A stretch of DNA of 64,000 nucleotides from the NCBI GenBank assembly GCA_051362555.1, contig CM120645.1:17670001-17734000 (forward strand), in the 5' to 3' direction. The DNA is from Lingula anatina. Taxonomy: Eukaryota > Animalia > Brachiopoda. The position numbers and the translations under genes are program-made. Shown here piece after piece: positions 27,240 through 39,167 of this stretch; position 1 is the stretch's first letter, and every line of letters starts with the position of its first letter. The notes under the pieces are model-generated. The model was given only the letters and a program-made list of their open reading frames with translations. It did no database searches and was not told where the DNA came from.

Positions 27240-28772
27240 AAAATAAAAGTATCATGGATATTCAGAAAATTTGATATGGAAAGGTCTTCAGGGCCATGGA
27301 AGTTCAGAGTCACAACTTCAAAATGCCAAAATGAACACAAGAGATAACTGTACTAAAATAAATTTCTTTCCACTTTCAACACTTTTTTTACATATATCAA
27401 AATAATCAATTTACTGTCATTTTTAAATGATCAACTAAGAAAGTTGTTGACATAGGAAAAATATCAATAGAACAATTTTAAATGTCCAATTTGTTCCGTT
27501 CTGAGATTCTGAACATGGTTAATGATTGAATCTGACAAACTGTAAAGATACAATGAGTTTATTTCCATTTTTGACACTTTATTACACAATGCACAATAAC
27601 AGGTTTACCATCATTTTTATATAATCAACTAACAATATTGTTAAGATGCAGAAAATGTCAAAAGAACACCTTTACATTACTAATTAGTTCACAAATGAGA
27701 TTGTTAACATGCCTAAGAATTAAATCCGAGGAAAAAAGACTTACATACAAAAAAAGGCACAATTTCACCAAAACTGAACCGATCAAGCTTATTTTCGAAC
27801 CTCGTCTGTATTTTAGTAAATCTGATCACCCCTGTGAATTTCAAGACGATTGGCCAATTGATTTTCCTTGAAATGTGTTATCGGTGTTGCACATATGCTG
27901 AAATAGTTAAAAAACAGCATTACTTCCATAAAAATGGCCCGATCAGGCTGATTTTCGAACTTGACCTGCGTATTATGAATATTCATCATTTCAGTAACTT
28001 ATAAGCCAAAAAGTAAAACGATTTTTCGCTTATCGTGTTATCGGTGTTGCATTTATGCTGAAAAAATGAAAAAATAGCATAACTTCGCTAAAAATGGCCT
28101 GATCATGCTGATTTTTGAACTTGACCTGCATATTAAGAATATTCATCAGTTCTGTAAGTTGTAAGCCAAAAGGTAAAACGGTTTTTCACTTATCGTGTTA
28201 TCGTTGTTGCATTTATGCTGAAAAAAATGAAAAAATAGCATAACTTCCACAAATATGGCCTGATCATGCTGATTTTCGAACTTGACCTGCGTATTATGAA
28301 TATTCATCGGTTCTATAAGTTTCAAGCCAAAAGGTAAAACGGTTTTTCACTTATCGTGTTATCGGTGTTGCATTTATGCTGAAAAAAAATGAAAAAATAG
28401 CATAACTTCCACAAATATGGCCCGATCATGCTGATTTTCAAACTTGACCTGCGTATTATGAATATTCATCAGTTTTGTAAGTTTCAAGCCAAAAAAAAAA
28501 ATGGTTTTCCACTTATCGTGTTATCGGTGCTGCATATATGCTGAAAAAAGTGAAAAAACAGCATAACTTCCCTACAATTGACCCGATCATGCTGATTTTC
28601 AAACTTGACCTGCGTAATATAAATATTTATCAATTCTGTAAGTTTCAAGCTGAAATGAAAAACAGTTTTCCACTTATCGTGTTATCGGTAAAAGTGCACA
28701 ACGGCGACGACGGCGACGACAGACGCAGGTGATGGCTATATGTACAGACACATCTGTGTCTGTACATAAAAA
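27240..28772 (+). mobile_element. Helentron/HINE-like non-autonomous element with ~160-bp internal tandem repeats
   Basis: Repeats at 27878, 28038, 28198 and onward, then a (GAC/GGC)n tract, terminal hairpin TATGTACAGACACA-TC-TGTGTCTGTACATA and an A-run; inverted copy from 46116. Confidence 0.78.
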
Positions 28773-30798
28773 GTAAAATACAAAGATACTCTGCCCTGAG
28801 AGATGGGACTCCCATACTGGTGAACCTTCACAGGTTCACACCTCTCTTGGGGTTCCATCCCCCAAGGGAAGTTCCCCTGCCCACAAGTTTAGCTTTTAAT
28901 AGGTTTTCTTTGAGAATTACTCTTACTGTGGCCTTGGCTGTTCAAAATAAAATATGGAATGTAAAGAAATCTTTGATTACCCATCTATCTTTTAGGATGG
29001 AATAAAATCTACCATTTTTTCATGTCTTTAACTAAAGTTCCACTCAGAGGTGGAGTTCTTGGGCAGGAGAGCTGGAAGGTGTACTCTGTGAGGAATTAAT
29101 AAAGGTATAAAAATACCTAAACATGTGGAACTTTCATTTTCTTTTTCAATTTAAAAGCAAGTTATTTTCATCTTGTTTACCTGTTACTGATAACAGTCAG
29201 TGTGAGGTGTTGCCTTTTGAGTGGCAGATTTGTGTTCAAAATGATAACAGTTGAAAATGGAATTGATATGTGCATTTATTAGTTAATCTGTTTTTCTAAA
29301 TATTTGTTTCTCTTTGAATCTTCTTTTATAAAGTTATTTTCTTTTATGTATAAAGCAAGCATGACATTGATTTAGTTACATTTTTGAACGATTACACTTG
29401 TACTAGCCAGTTTACATTGTATGAGCCTGGCATGTATTTATTCTTCTCCATATTGTCCAGTGTGTTTAAACTTAGATATCTACAACTGTGGTCCCTAATT
29501 TACTGCAGCATTATCTTTACAAGTTAAGGTATGTATTAGCTAGTATTTGAATGTGCATGTTTCATGAGTGCATTAAAGGAGTACATAATAATAATGTACA
29601 GACGTTTCTGTCAGGGCTCCGTATTCAGCGCTGTTAACATCTAGCACACTTTTTGTAATAAAACTTCCTGCCATGACAGTAACCAAGTGTTGGGTTTGGT
29701 TTTGTTTCAGTAAAAGCAGAGAATGACATAAAGTGGTCATTTCTTTTTTAGTTGAGTGATGTAGAGGTTTTAAATTAAAACCCAAATGAAGGAAAATTTC
29801 TACTTTAAGGGACAGTTCATAAAAATAAAAACATTATTTAAAAGTCACATATGGATATAGTTATAAATGAAAAAAAAAAGTTTGGATGAAAGTCAAAGTT
29901 TTTGAACTATAATCAAAATCCATTATGGTGTACAGGCCAAATTATTTGTTTAGGCCCATATTCGAGGATGTGGGTTTGAAAAAATTGCCCTTTTTGCTGG
30001 AAAGGGTCCAAAACTTATCATGGTATCCCAAGTTGGATCAACTGAAGGAATAAAGAAAATTCACTTTTTCAGATAACAACAACCCCCCTTCAGCATCCCA
30101 CCCTTCAACATTGCTGGCTACTTATAAATATTAAAATCACCTTTTAGCAAATTTTTCTCTTTTATTTAGAAAAGAAAGAAAGACAAAACCCATTTAATAA
30201 CATATAATCAATATTTTATTGTACCAGTAAAATAAAGGTATTTTAAGAAATGATATTCTGAAGTGTTCAAACTGGCTGCCACAGAGCTAATAATAGATGT
30301 GCACTGACCACCCTGAAGATGAAAATATTAAAATATAATTCAGTTAAAATGTGTTAGTTGTAAAAATATGTTGACAGTAACTCTACAACCACCAGCTCCT
30401 GGCTGCTATCATATAATTACTGCTTTCATGTACAGTTTTACCAGCTGTTTGACTAAGTTTTCCTCTAAAACTCTTTAAGTTAACTTTGTTATGATGTCAT
30501 TAAAGCAAGGAAACAAGAAAAGAACTTTCTTGTGACTGTATAATGAATCCGTTTTTTTTTTATAAATACTGTAATTTTTTCATTTCTAAATGTCCGAAAT
30601 GATTAGATTTAATAATGAATGATAATAATTATAACCATTTATGTTCTTGGCCTGCATCTGAAGCAAGATGTGAAAATATTTAACATCCTCCTCCTCCACC
30701 TTGATTGGCAGCAGTCCTTGGGAGCTGAAATATATGACACAGTATTACTTACTAATATGCAATAATAAATAACCTTCAATAAGCAGTAAGTGCATCTT

Positions 30799-31028
30799 AT
30801 TACCTCTGCCAAGGAGGTTATGTTTTCACCCCTGTTTGTCTGTATGTTTGTTTGTTTGTCATCAACATAACTCAGAATGTTATGGACCGATTTTGATGAG
30901 ATTTTCAGGAACTGTCAGAAGTGGGCCAAGGAAGAGATGATTAGTTTTTGGTGGTGATCCGGATCAATAATCAATAATAATAAAAAATTGCTGCCTTCTG
31001 CACTCTGCACTCTCAGTGCTTTTCTAGT
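30799..31028. mobile_element. Short Helentron/DINE-1-like element
   Basis: Begins TATTACCTCTGCCAAGGAGGTTATGTTTT (short stem-loop), then a (TGTT)n tract and GATCCGGATC; ends CACTCTCAGTGCTTTTCTAG. Confidence 0.75.
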
Positions 31029-31825
31029 TTTATGTATGAATTAAACTGCATCAAAATATTAACCATTGTTTAGAGTTAACAAATTTGCCAAGTATCATTT
31101 TAAACTTGCAAAAAGCACAAACTGTGTTGACACAACATAAGGAATGTGTATGCACGTGTGTGTGTGTGTGTGTGTGTGCATTCAGTCACATTCCATCAGC
31201 ATAATAAATAGATCCCTATTCTATTGCCCCTGCTGTCTTAACCTCTCTCCTTCATATGTCTGCTGTCACAGCTGTTGTGTTTTTAACATCAACTGAAGAA
31301 AAAAAAAGAAAACATACTTGTCCACAATAAGGATATCACATATTCAAAGATATACATGCAATAAAAACAGATAACATAACAGTGAATTAACTTAGTGATT
31401 GTGCAAGAGAGTCTGCTTATTGTGTGGGTAAATTTTTAAAGTGTGTTAAATGAATGCCTGTTAAATTGATGCATACCATCTTACCTCTTTTTTTAATGCT
31501 CTCAGCATCTGACACACTCTTTCTGTCTTTTATGTCGCCTGAAAACAAAAAAATGGAATAGAAACTATCTGTGTACAAATAGGATTTGGGCAAAAATACA
31601 GAACTGAAAACTCATTCAAAGTCTATTCATTACAAAAATTAATTATTTTCATGAAGACCAGATTTAGTATTATAAGACCAGCTTGCTTGAGCAACACTGT
31701 TCATATGTACGTGTGCATATGTGTGTGTGCATGCATGTGTATATTTAATATGTGTATAATATCATAATTTAATCTGGGCTCCATTCGACCAGATGCATGG
31801 GGAGGCATGTGAGAGGCGAGATATA

Positions 31826-32121
31826 TTACAAGGACCAAAACTTTCACCCTGAAAAATCAACAGCTACAAGAACCAAGACTTGCACCTTGAGAGTCAACAG
31901 CTACAAGGACCAAGACTTGCACCCTGAAAATCAACAGCTACAAGGACCAAGACTTGCACCCTGAGAGACAACAGCTACAAGGACCAAGACTTGCACCCTG
32001 AGAGTCAACAGCTACAAGGACCAAGACTTGCACCCTGAGAGACAACAGCTACAAGGACCAAGACTTGCACCCTGAGAGGCAATAGCTACAATTAAGGACC
32101 AAGATGTGACTTGCACCCTGA
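31826..32121. repeat. 37-bp minisatellite (~8 copies)
   Basis: Unit CAACAGCTACAAGGACCAAGACTTGCACCCTGAGAGT; CAGCTA at 31861 and 31898. Confidence 0.95.
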
Positions 32122-32298
32122 CAATCCATATTTGCATTTGAATAAACTTGTTTTATTTTTGATAAGTAGATTTTGTCTGTAAACAACATATATATAAAAA
32201 CTTGCACATTAAAAATAAAACAATACATTGTTTAGTTGCATATACCTGTACCTCTTACACTTTAACTAACTTCATGTGGTTAAAGCCTAAAATGATTA

Positions 32299-33457
32299 TG
32301 TAAGTATTGCGATAGATGTGCGGACCAGCACAATGGAAGTCTAGGGAGCGGCCGATGCCCTTTTGTTCGCTAACCTGGGGCTTGGTGCGTCTACTGACGT
32401 CAAGGGTGGCCAGATCCCCTTGATGAGCGAAACCAATATTTTATTGGTCACTAAAATTCCTTTGTTTTTAGTCTCATCCGCTGATTTCGCATTTTTGGTC
32501 TTTAACGTAGAGCAGTATACAGTTGTAAATTTATCATCGAAGAAGAACGGAGGAAAATTAGAGTAAACGAGCCAGCGAAACAGAATAGAAAGTAAGCACA
32601 GTAAATAATTACTACTTTATAGTTTAAAGTAAGTTTCAAGTTTACTATAGTGGTATGTAAAAGTTGCTTTACGTACGTTAAAAACGTCTAGCTCCAGTTA
32701 ATGCCGTTAAGCGCTACCGACATAGATCGTAACTTAGCGTTTTTTTCTACTTTTGTTAGCACAGCAATACAGTAATAGTTTGTGTGTTGTTCCCTACAGT
32801 GCTCTAACGGGAATGATTAACTAGAGTTTTAATTAATATTTCAATGAATAGTGCCGCTTTTGCTAGAACAAAGGCGCTCAGGGTATTATGTCATACTTCT
32901 CAGGTCATGTTTGTAACGGGTCATTAGCGAACGCTAGTACGGTTGTGTTTAGGTTTGCATTGCCTTGACGCGTGCGGCGTGCTCGCTGTATCTTAGTACA
33001 CTGATTCATCATATTAGTGGTAGTTTGTTTTATTGTTAGCCTGCATTGAAATAATAAGTGACGAAACCAACGAATAGCCTCCGCTGGAGGAGAGGAGATG
33101 CGGTAGTTGAGATCGTACATTAACATGGGAAGATCGTTGAATGCGACTTATGATGATACACAAACCACTCATGTTGTTTATGTATGGATAAGAGACAATT
33201 AGTGTTCGTTGTATTACGTATTAATTACTTAATTTTCTTACATAGCTTGGAATTTTTGATAATTACTATATTTTTGTTATTTTTATTTTAGGATAGACGG
33301 AGTGACGGCCCAATTGTATGAGCGGACTCCGTTTAGGTGTTTCATTTATTGCGGAAATAGTTCAATACAGATTCTGGAAACTAACTGAGACTTGTGTTTT
33401 ATTTCTGTGACTAGATTTATCCCGATCATTGACAAAATAATAATAAGCCCGGCTACA
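32299..33457 (+). repeat. 5' LTR (1159 bp)
   Basis: TGTAAGTATTGC...CCGGCTACA; no difference from 39168-40326 noticed by eye; the small ORF translations in the track are identical in both copies. Confidence 0.97.
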
Positions 33458-33460
33458 TTT

Positions 33461-33478
33461 TGGGGGCTCGTCCGGGAG
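33461..33478 (+). promoter_or_regulatory. Primer-binding site complementary to tRNA-Pro 3' end
   Basis: TGGGGGCTCGTCCGGGAG, 17/18 identical to the canonical PBS-Pro TGGGGGCTCGTCCGGGAT, 3 nt after the LTR. Confidence 0.95.
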
Positions 33479-33540
33479 TTCTCATCTCATTATTATTTTT
33501 GTCAAGTATTCAGTCTATTGGGAACTTCTAACCAGAAATT

Positions 33541-34539
33541 ATGGCAGAATCAGATGTGGAGGAGAAGTACAAAGCGATGATCAAAGATACCGAACGTCGT
33601 CACCAAGAGGAAATGAAACACCTAAAGACGGAGTTTCAAGAAATGATGAGGGAGGTGAGCAGTACCAGTAGGAGTACCAAGACTTCACTCCGCAAAGAGT
33701 TTAAAATACATGGTGTTATTGATACCAAAAATGGACTACCATTTTCAAGCCTGGCCCGCCAAATCGAAAATGGCCTCCAAAAGGGCTATGAGGAAGTCGA
33801 AATAGTAGACGGTATAATTCGGGCAGTACCCACCAGCTGCGGTCTTCGTAACTACCTAGAGGGGCGGCAAGGCCTTCGACTGACAAAGATCCGCCACATA
33901 TTGAGGTCGTATTATAAAGAGAAATCAGCAACAGAATTATTTGCGGAGCTGGGACAGTTGGTTCAGCAGCCTACTGAAGAAACAACCGACTTTCTTCTAC
34001 GGGCCCTGGACGTGAGACAGAAGATCCTATTCGCTTCTCGAGAGTCCGACGCATGTGTCACTTTTACAGACGTCCAGGTGGATAATCTCTTCAAGAGGGG
34101 GTTCGAAACTGGGCTTAGGAGTGACAGCATCAGGGGAGAAGTTAAGAAGATCCTTGAAGTCAGAGCCTTCGACGAAGAGGCACTGATTGAAGAAATTAGT
34201 GTGCTCACCAAAAGGGAGGAGGAGAGAGCTTCCAAGATGGCAAAAGATAGACGAACGAGAGTGGCCGCAGTAGTAGGTGAAGACACCGGAAGAGAGGGAA
34301 AGCCCGGAAGGGAGGATGCCCTGGCAGCGGAGGTAAAACAATTAAGGGCCGAGATTGCGGAGCTGAAAAGGAACATGACCAAACAGCCGTCCGAACCAAA
34401 GAAATTACGGGGATGCAGAGTCTGTCAACAGGCGAAGCGAAAGTGTAACCACTGTTGGGATTGTGGGAGTTCCGATCACTTCCGTGCAGGGTGCAGGCAG
34501 GGAAACGGAAGAGAGTCGTCTCAGGGGGGACGCAGATGA
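33541..34539 (+). CDS. gag: Gag (332 aa) with C-terminal CCHC zinc knuckle
   Basis: Intact ORF after the PBS; [14 protein letters not shown] fits CX2CX4HX4C and is preceded by extra Cys/His (CRVC...CNH). Confidence 0.93.
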   Translation: MAESDVEEKYKAMIKDTERRHQEEMKHLKTEFQEMMREVSSTSRSTKTSLRKEFKIHGVIDTKNGLPFSSLARQIENGLQKGYEEVEIVDGIIRAVPTSCGLRNYLEGRQGLRLTKIRHILRSYYKEKSATELFAELGQLVQQPTEETTDFLLRALDVRQKILFASRESDACVTFTDVQVDNLFKRGFETGLRSDSIRGEVKKILEVRAFDEEALIEEISVLTKREEERASKMAKDRRTRVAAVVGEDTGREGKPGREDALAAEVKQLRAEIAELKRNMTKQPSEPKKLRGCRVCQQAKRKCNHCWDCGSSDHFRAGCRQGNGRESSQGGRR

Positions 34540-36404
34540 CTCCGCCACCAGATGTCCCCAACAGACTGTCAGTTAATGAATTGAAGGGGGAAGTGACTGG
34601 ATTAAGTCCAGGGAACAGACGCCGATTGGTCAACCTTGTGGGCAGAGAATGCGTTCTGAAGGTAAACCTGGCTGACCAACCAGTGGACGTTCTCTGGGAC
34701 ACCGGAGCACAGGTTAGTCTTGTGGACATGTCAACGCTACACTTACTTGGTTTACCAGCAGGTGCTGTGAAGCCCCTGGATGAGGTCTATGCACCAGTGC
34801 GCCTCGCCTCTGCCAGTGGGGAGGAGATTCCATATCAAGGTTATGTGGATTTACCACTTTGTTTTGGAGATGGGGCTCCAGTTCAAGTCCCTTTTCTAGT
34901 AGTGGATAGTGTGTCCTTACCCAGACCTATTCTTGGGTTTAATGTTATTGAATCTCTATGTGCGTTAAACGGGCAGCAGAAGTTTTCCCAGACATTTAGC
35001 AACTTTTGCAAGGATGTTGAAGTGGATGGTGGACGTCTCGCCCAGGTGCTTGCTGACAACAAGAGGGGAATGGTCTGTCGTGTGACTGTGGGATCCCAGA
35101 AGTTAATCATACCTCCTAACAGTTCACGGGTGATAAAAACCAAAGCACGGACCGGGGTCTTGTCCACTGAGAACTTTCGTTGTCTCTTCATGCCTCAGGA
35201 AAATTTCATAGACCAGGGTCTCTTTAGTGAAAGTCTGATTGATGTTCAGCACCCATCTCATGTCCGGATAGCAGTGTCTAACAATAGTTCCAAGAAAGTA
35301 ATAATACCAAAGAAAACCACGATTGGGCAGCTACACATGGTTAACTCGGTGGTGCCAGTAGGGGAACCAGGTTTGGATGAAGCTACAACGCATGAGGAAG
35401 CAGAAAAGAGCTCCTTGGCGGTTGACTGGTCCCTGTTTTCCAGCCAAGAAAAGGAGAAGATCCAAGAATTACTTAGGAAACACCATGAGGTCTTCGCAAA
35501 GAGTGAAGATGATATAGGATGCATACCAGATTTGAAGTTAAGCATTCACCTAACTGACAAGGTTCCTGTCCGAATAGCCTACCGATCCATTCCTCAAGCT
35601 CTTTATGACGAAGTCAAAGATTACCTACAAAATCTCATGTCAAAAGGTTTTGTGCGTAAGTCTACATCGGCCTATGCAAGCCCTTTAGTTTGTGCACGCA
35701 AGAAAGACGGAACCCTGCGACTATGTGTGGATTATCGTAAGGTGAATGAGAAGTCTGTCGCTGACAGTCGGCCCTTACCCAAGATTCAGGATGCTCTGGA
35801 TGGCTTAGGGGGAAGCTGTTGGTTTTCGGTACTGGACCAAGGAAAAGCATATCACCAGGGAATGGTTGCCGAAGAATCCAAGCCCTACACAGCATTCATC
35901 ACACCTTGGGGTCTCTATGAGTGGGAGCGCATCCCGTTTGGGCTTTCAGGAGCTCCAGCTGCATTCCAGAATTTTATGAATGAATGTCTGGAAGGGTTAC
36001 GCGACAAAATTTGTCTACCATATTTGGATGACATATTGGTGTATTCAAAGAGTTTCTCGGAGCACATTCAACATTTGGAGCAGGTGTTCCAGAGGTTGAG
36101 AGAGAAGGGTGTCAAGTTGAAGCCAGCTAAGTGTTTACTATTCCGAAGAGAAGTCAGATACTTGGGTCACTTGGTCACTTCAGAAGGGTACACACTCGAC
36201 CCAGAAGACAAAACCGCAGTTAGGAAGCTGAAGGAGCAAAAGCCGACAAACGTGGGGGAAGTGCGTCAGATGCTGGGATTTTTAGGGTACTATCGCAAGT
36301 TTATACCAGATTTCGCCAGACGGGCAAAAATCTTATATGATTTGAGAGCAGGATTTGAGTTGAGAAGAGTCCAGGTGGTAAGCCACAAAAGAAGAAGAAG
36401 CTGA
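34455..36404 (+). CDS. pol: Pol part 1: aspartic protease and reverse transcriptase
   Basis: LWDTGAQVS (protease); [24 protein letters not shown] and YLDD (RT). Ends at TGA 36402-36404, before RNase H. Confidence 0.93.
   Translation: MGLWEFRSLPCRVQAGKRKRVVSGGTQMTPPPDVPNRLSVNELKGEVTGLSPGNRRRLVNLVGRECVLKVNLADQPVDVLWDTGAQVSLVDMSTLHLLGLPAGAVKPLDEVYAPVRLASASGEEIPYQGYVDLPLCFGDGAPVQVPFLVVDSVSLPRPILGFNVIESLCALNGQQKFSQTFSNFCKDVEVDGGRLAQVLADNKRGMVCRVTVGSQKLIIPPNSSRVIKTKARTGVLSTENFRCLFMPQENFIDQGLFSESLIDVQHPSHVRIAVSNNSSKKVIIPKKTTIGQLHMVNSVVPVGEPGLDEATTHEEAEKSSLAVDWSLFSSQEKEKIQELLRKHHEVFAKSEDDIGCIPDLKLSIHLTDKVPVRIAYRSIPQALYDEVKDYLQNLMSKGFVRKSTSAYASPLVCARKKDGTLRLCVDYRKVNEKSVADSRPLPKIQDALDGLGGSCWFSVLDQGKAYHQGMVAEESKPYTAFITPWGLYEWERIPFGLSGAPAAFQNFMNECLEGLRDKICLPYLDDILVYSKSFSEHIQHLEQVFQRLREKGVKLKPAKCLLFRREVRYLGHLVTSEGYTLDPEDKTAVRKLKEQKPTNVGEVRQMLGFLGYYRKFIPDFARRAKILYDLRAGFELRRVQVVSHKRRRS
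34500..34559 (+). promoter_or_regulatory. -1 ribosomal frameshift signal (slippery heptamer plus predicted pseudoknot)
   Basis: G GGA AAC at 34500-34506 in the gag frame; pol is in the -1 frame; 6-nt spacer; stem 34513-34521/34534-34542; loop GGGGAC pairs with GTCCCC at 34554-34559. Confidence 0.8.
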
Positions 36405-38836
36405 TGAAAGGTCAGCCATCTCCAGCACAGCAGGTTGCATGGACAACTCGACACGAAGAAGCTTTATCTGATTTGGTTGACTGTCTATTATCACCACCTG
36501 TGATGGCTTATCCAGAGTTCGATAAACCATTCTCACTGCATGTAGATGCTTCAGGGGAAGGGCTAGGTGCCATCCTGTATCAAGAAGGAGCTGACTCCAA
36601 GTCTCGAGTTGTCGCCTATGCCTCACGTACCCTGAGTCCAGCAGAACAGAACTATCATTTCCACTCTGGAAAGCTAGAGTTCCTGGCACTGAAGTGGGCA
36701 GTCACAGAGCGGTTTAGGGACTATCTATACTACGCCCCTCATTTCACTGTTTATAGTGATAACAACCCGTTAAGCTACATCTTAACTACCCCTCGTTTAG
36801 ATGTCACCAGGCTTCGTTGGGTCGGCGAACTATCAGACTTCACGTTCACTGTCAAATACAAGCCTGGTTTATTGAACCGAGACGCTGATGGGTTGAGTAG
36901 AATGCCTCTTGATTTTAATCAAGTGATGATGCAATTCACTGAAGAGAGTGACCCCACCGAAGTGCAGGCCGTGGCTAAAATGGTGACCGTTCGTAGCCAA
37001 GAGGATTCTCCATTCATTCCTACAGCAGTAAATGTGAACATGGTATGCAACGATAGAGACTGGCTACCAGAGTATCTGCACCATCAGTCCACAGGCGAAG
37101 TCCAGAGGATATCCAAAACATCTTTGAGGATTGCTCAGGAGCAAGATAGCTGTATAGGTCCGGTGAAAAGACAGGTAGAATTAGGTGAAAAACCCAATCG
37201 CAAGTCCACTAAACATTTACCTTCGGAATCCAAGACCTTACTCCGAGGATGGGAAAAATTGACAGTTGGCGAAGATGGCATTTTAAGACGAGTGACTCGG
37301 TGTACATCAGGAATAAGGCGACACCAGGTGGTACTTCCGAAGGAATTCCATCAAATTGTCCTTGAAGAGTTGCACGTAAAACATGGCCACTTAGGAACAG
37401 ACAAAGTCTTGTCTCTTGCCCAGGACCGCTTTTACTGGCCCCACATGGCAGGATATATCGACCACTTCGTGAAACACCAGTGTAAATGTTTGAAGGACAA
37501 AGCACCAAGCCGAAAACCTGTGGCACCACTACAACCCATTGAAACAACATATCCATTTGAAATGATATCCATTGACTTTCTTCATCTAGAAACTTGCAAA
37601 GGGGGATACCAGTACATCCTGGTTGTGGTGGACCATTTTACCCGATTCGCAGCCGCTTATGCCACCACAAACAAGTCGGGGCGAACTGCTGCAGATAAAA
37701 TCTTCAACGACTTTGTTCTCCGGTTTGGTTTTCCAGACAGAATCCACCACGATCAAGGTCGCGAGTTTGAAAATGAGTTTTTCCAGCGTTTACAACACCT
37801 AACCAATGTGAAGTCCTCGAGGACTACGCCATACCATCCTCAAGGGAATGGACAGTGTGAGAGGATGAACCGCACGTTATTGGGTATGTTGAGGACCATG
37901 AGTCAGCAGCACAAGAGTGATTGGAAGAATCATCTGAACAAGATGACTCATGCCTATAATTGCACCAAGAATGACAGCACAGGGTACTCACCATTCTTCC
38001 TTGTGTTTGGTAGACGACCACGGTTGCCCATCGATCTCATTTTCGGACTAGAGGGAGAACCTCACTACACATCCAAGAGTGAGTACGTGAAGAAATGGGC
38101 AGCGCGCATGGAAGAAGCGTACCGGATCGCTGGGCAAAAAGCCAAGAAACAGGGGGAAGTTGCGCGGAAATATTATAATCAAAAGCCAGCAAGTGCCGCA
38201 CTGTTACCGGGTGACCGCGTTCTGGTAAGGAACCTTACTGAACGTGGAGGGCCAGGGAAGTTACGATCTTACTGGGAAGAAGAGGTGCATGTTGTCGCCA
38301 GACGGATCAACGACTCGCCGGTGTACGAAGTACGTTCAGAACGAGGAAACGGGAAGATCCGGCGACTGCATCGGAATTTGTTACTGGAATGTAATGAACT
38401 TCCGCTTTCCTGCCCAGAAGCGAAACGCCCCCGACTCAAAAGGATGACGCCACGGAAACAACGACCACAACTATCTCCTTCTTCACACTCAGACGACTCC
38501 GACTCAGATGACTTTACTCTGGTTAAGAGGACACAGCCCAGTATCACTGCCGCACCGGCAAGTACACTGAATCCAATGGCTGAGCCTTTCGTGCCAGTTC
38601 CGGAACCTGAACATTCTGGAAACTTTCTAGAAACGGAAGAGTCGGGACCGGACGTAAATGAACAATCGGAAGAAGAACAGACACCGGAGACTAGTGGTGA
38701 GACTAGCAGACGCCCTAAACGAGTAGTGAAACCACCGGAAAGACTCACATACGACAAAATGGGAGGTCCAAACCACTACGCAGGAATGAGGCAAATTCTA
38801 GCGACGGGAATTAGGCTCTGGCGTCCTTGGGCATAG
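36404..38836 (+). CDS. pol: Pol part 2: RNase H and integrase
   Basis: LHVDASGEGLGAIL, KLEFLAL and YSDNNPL (RNase H); HVKHGH...CKC zinc motif; SIDF / HHDQGREF / CERMNRT (DDE). The frame opens at 36359. Confidence 0.93.
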   Translation: MKGQPSPAQQVAWTTRHEEALSDLVDCLLSPPVMAYPEFDKPFSLHVDASGEGLGAILYQEGADSKSRVVAYASRTLSPAEQNYHFHSGKLEFLALKWAVTERFRDYLYYAPHFTVYSDNNPLSYILTTPRLDVTRLRWVGELSDFTFTVKYKPGLLNRDADGLSRMPLDFNQVMMQFTEESDPTEVQAVAKMVTVRSQEDSPFIPTAVNVNMVCNDRDWLPEYLHHQSTGEVQRISKTSLRIAQEQDSCIGPVKRQVELGEKPNRKSTKHLPSESKTLLRGWEKLTVGEDGILRRVTRCTSGIRRHQVVLPKEFHQIVLEELHVKHGHLGTDKVLSLAQDRFYWPHMAGYIDHFVKHQCKCLKDKAPSRKPVAPLQPIETTYPFEMISIDFLHLETCKGGYQYILVVVDHFTRFAAAYATTNKSGRTAADKIFNDFVLRFGFPDRIHHDQGREFENEFFQRLQHLTNVKSSRTTPYHPQGNGQCERMNRTLLGMLRTMSQQHKSDWKNHLNKMTHAYNCTKNDSTGYSPFFLVFGRRPRLPIDLIFGLEGEPHYTSKSEYVKKWAARMEEAYRIAGQKAKKQGEVARKYYNQKPASAALLPGDRVLVRNLTERGGPGKLRSYWEEEVHVVARRINDSPVYEVRSERGNGKIRRLHRNLLLECNELPLSCPEAKRPRLKRMTPRKQRPQLSPSSHSDDSDSDDFTLVKRTQPSITAAPASTLNPMAEPFVPVPEPEHSGNFLETEESGPDVNEQSEEEQTPETSGETSRRPKRVVKPPERLTYDKMGGPNHYAGMRQILATGIRLWRPWA

Positions 38837-39157
38837 GAGGACGTGGACATTCTCGTAACGTTGATGGACAGCATTAGAAAAAAAACTATCTTGGGAACAT
38901 TACCTCTGCTCGCTAGGAGTGTGACAGTATCTAGGCAGATAACGGGAGCACCAGTAGGTGCGTTATTAGAAATCTGATCAATTTCTAATCCTTTCATAGC
39001 ATTTTATGCAATAACTCTGCCAGTGATGGTACGTTCTATAAAAGGAAGTTCCTGGACAGTGTGTATATTGTAGTTGACTTTATTTAGCTAGGGTAGGTTT
39101 GTAATTTAGTAAATATATAATTAATTGTTAGAAATGTTGGGGCAACATTTTGTTTTC

Positions 39158-39167
39158 GGGGGGAGAA
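39158..39167 (+). promoter_or_regulatory. Polypurine tract
   Basis: GGGGGGAGAA immediately before the 3' LTR. Confidence 0.9.

Noticed and set aside
33716-38997. Antisense ORFs inside gag/pol
   Set aside because: Shadows of the sense coding frames with no recognisable motifs.
38837-39167. env-like extra ORF in the Gypsy element
   Set aside because: Only ~330 bp between the pol stop and the PPT, with no suitable ORF.
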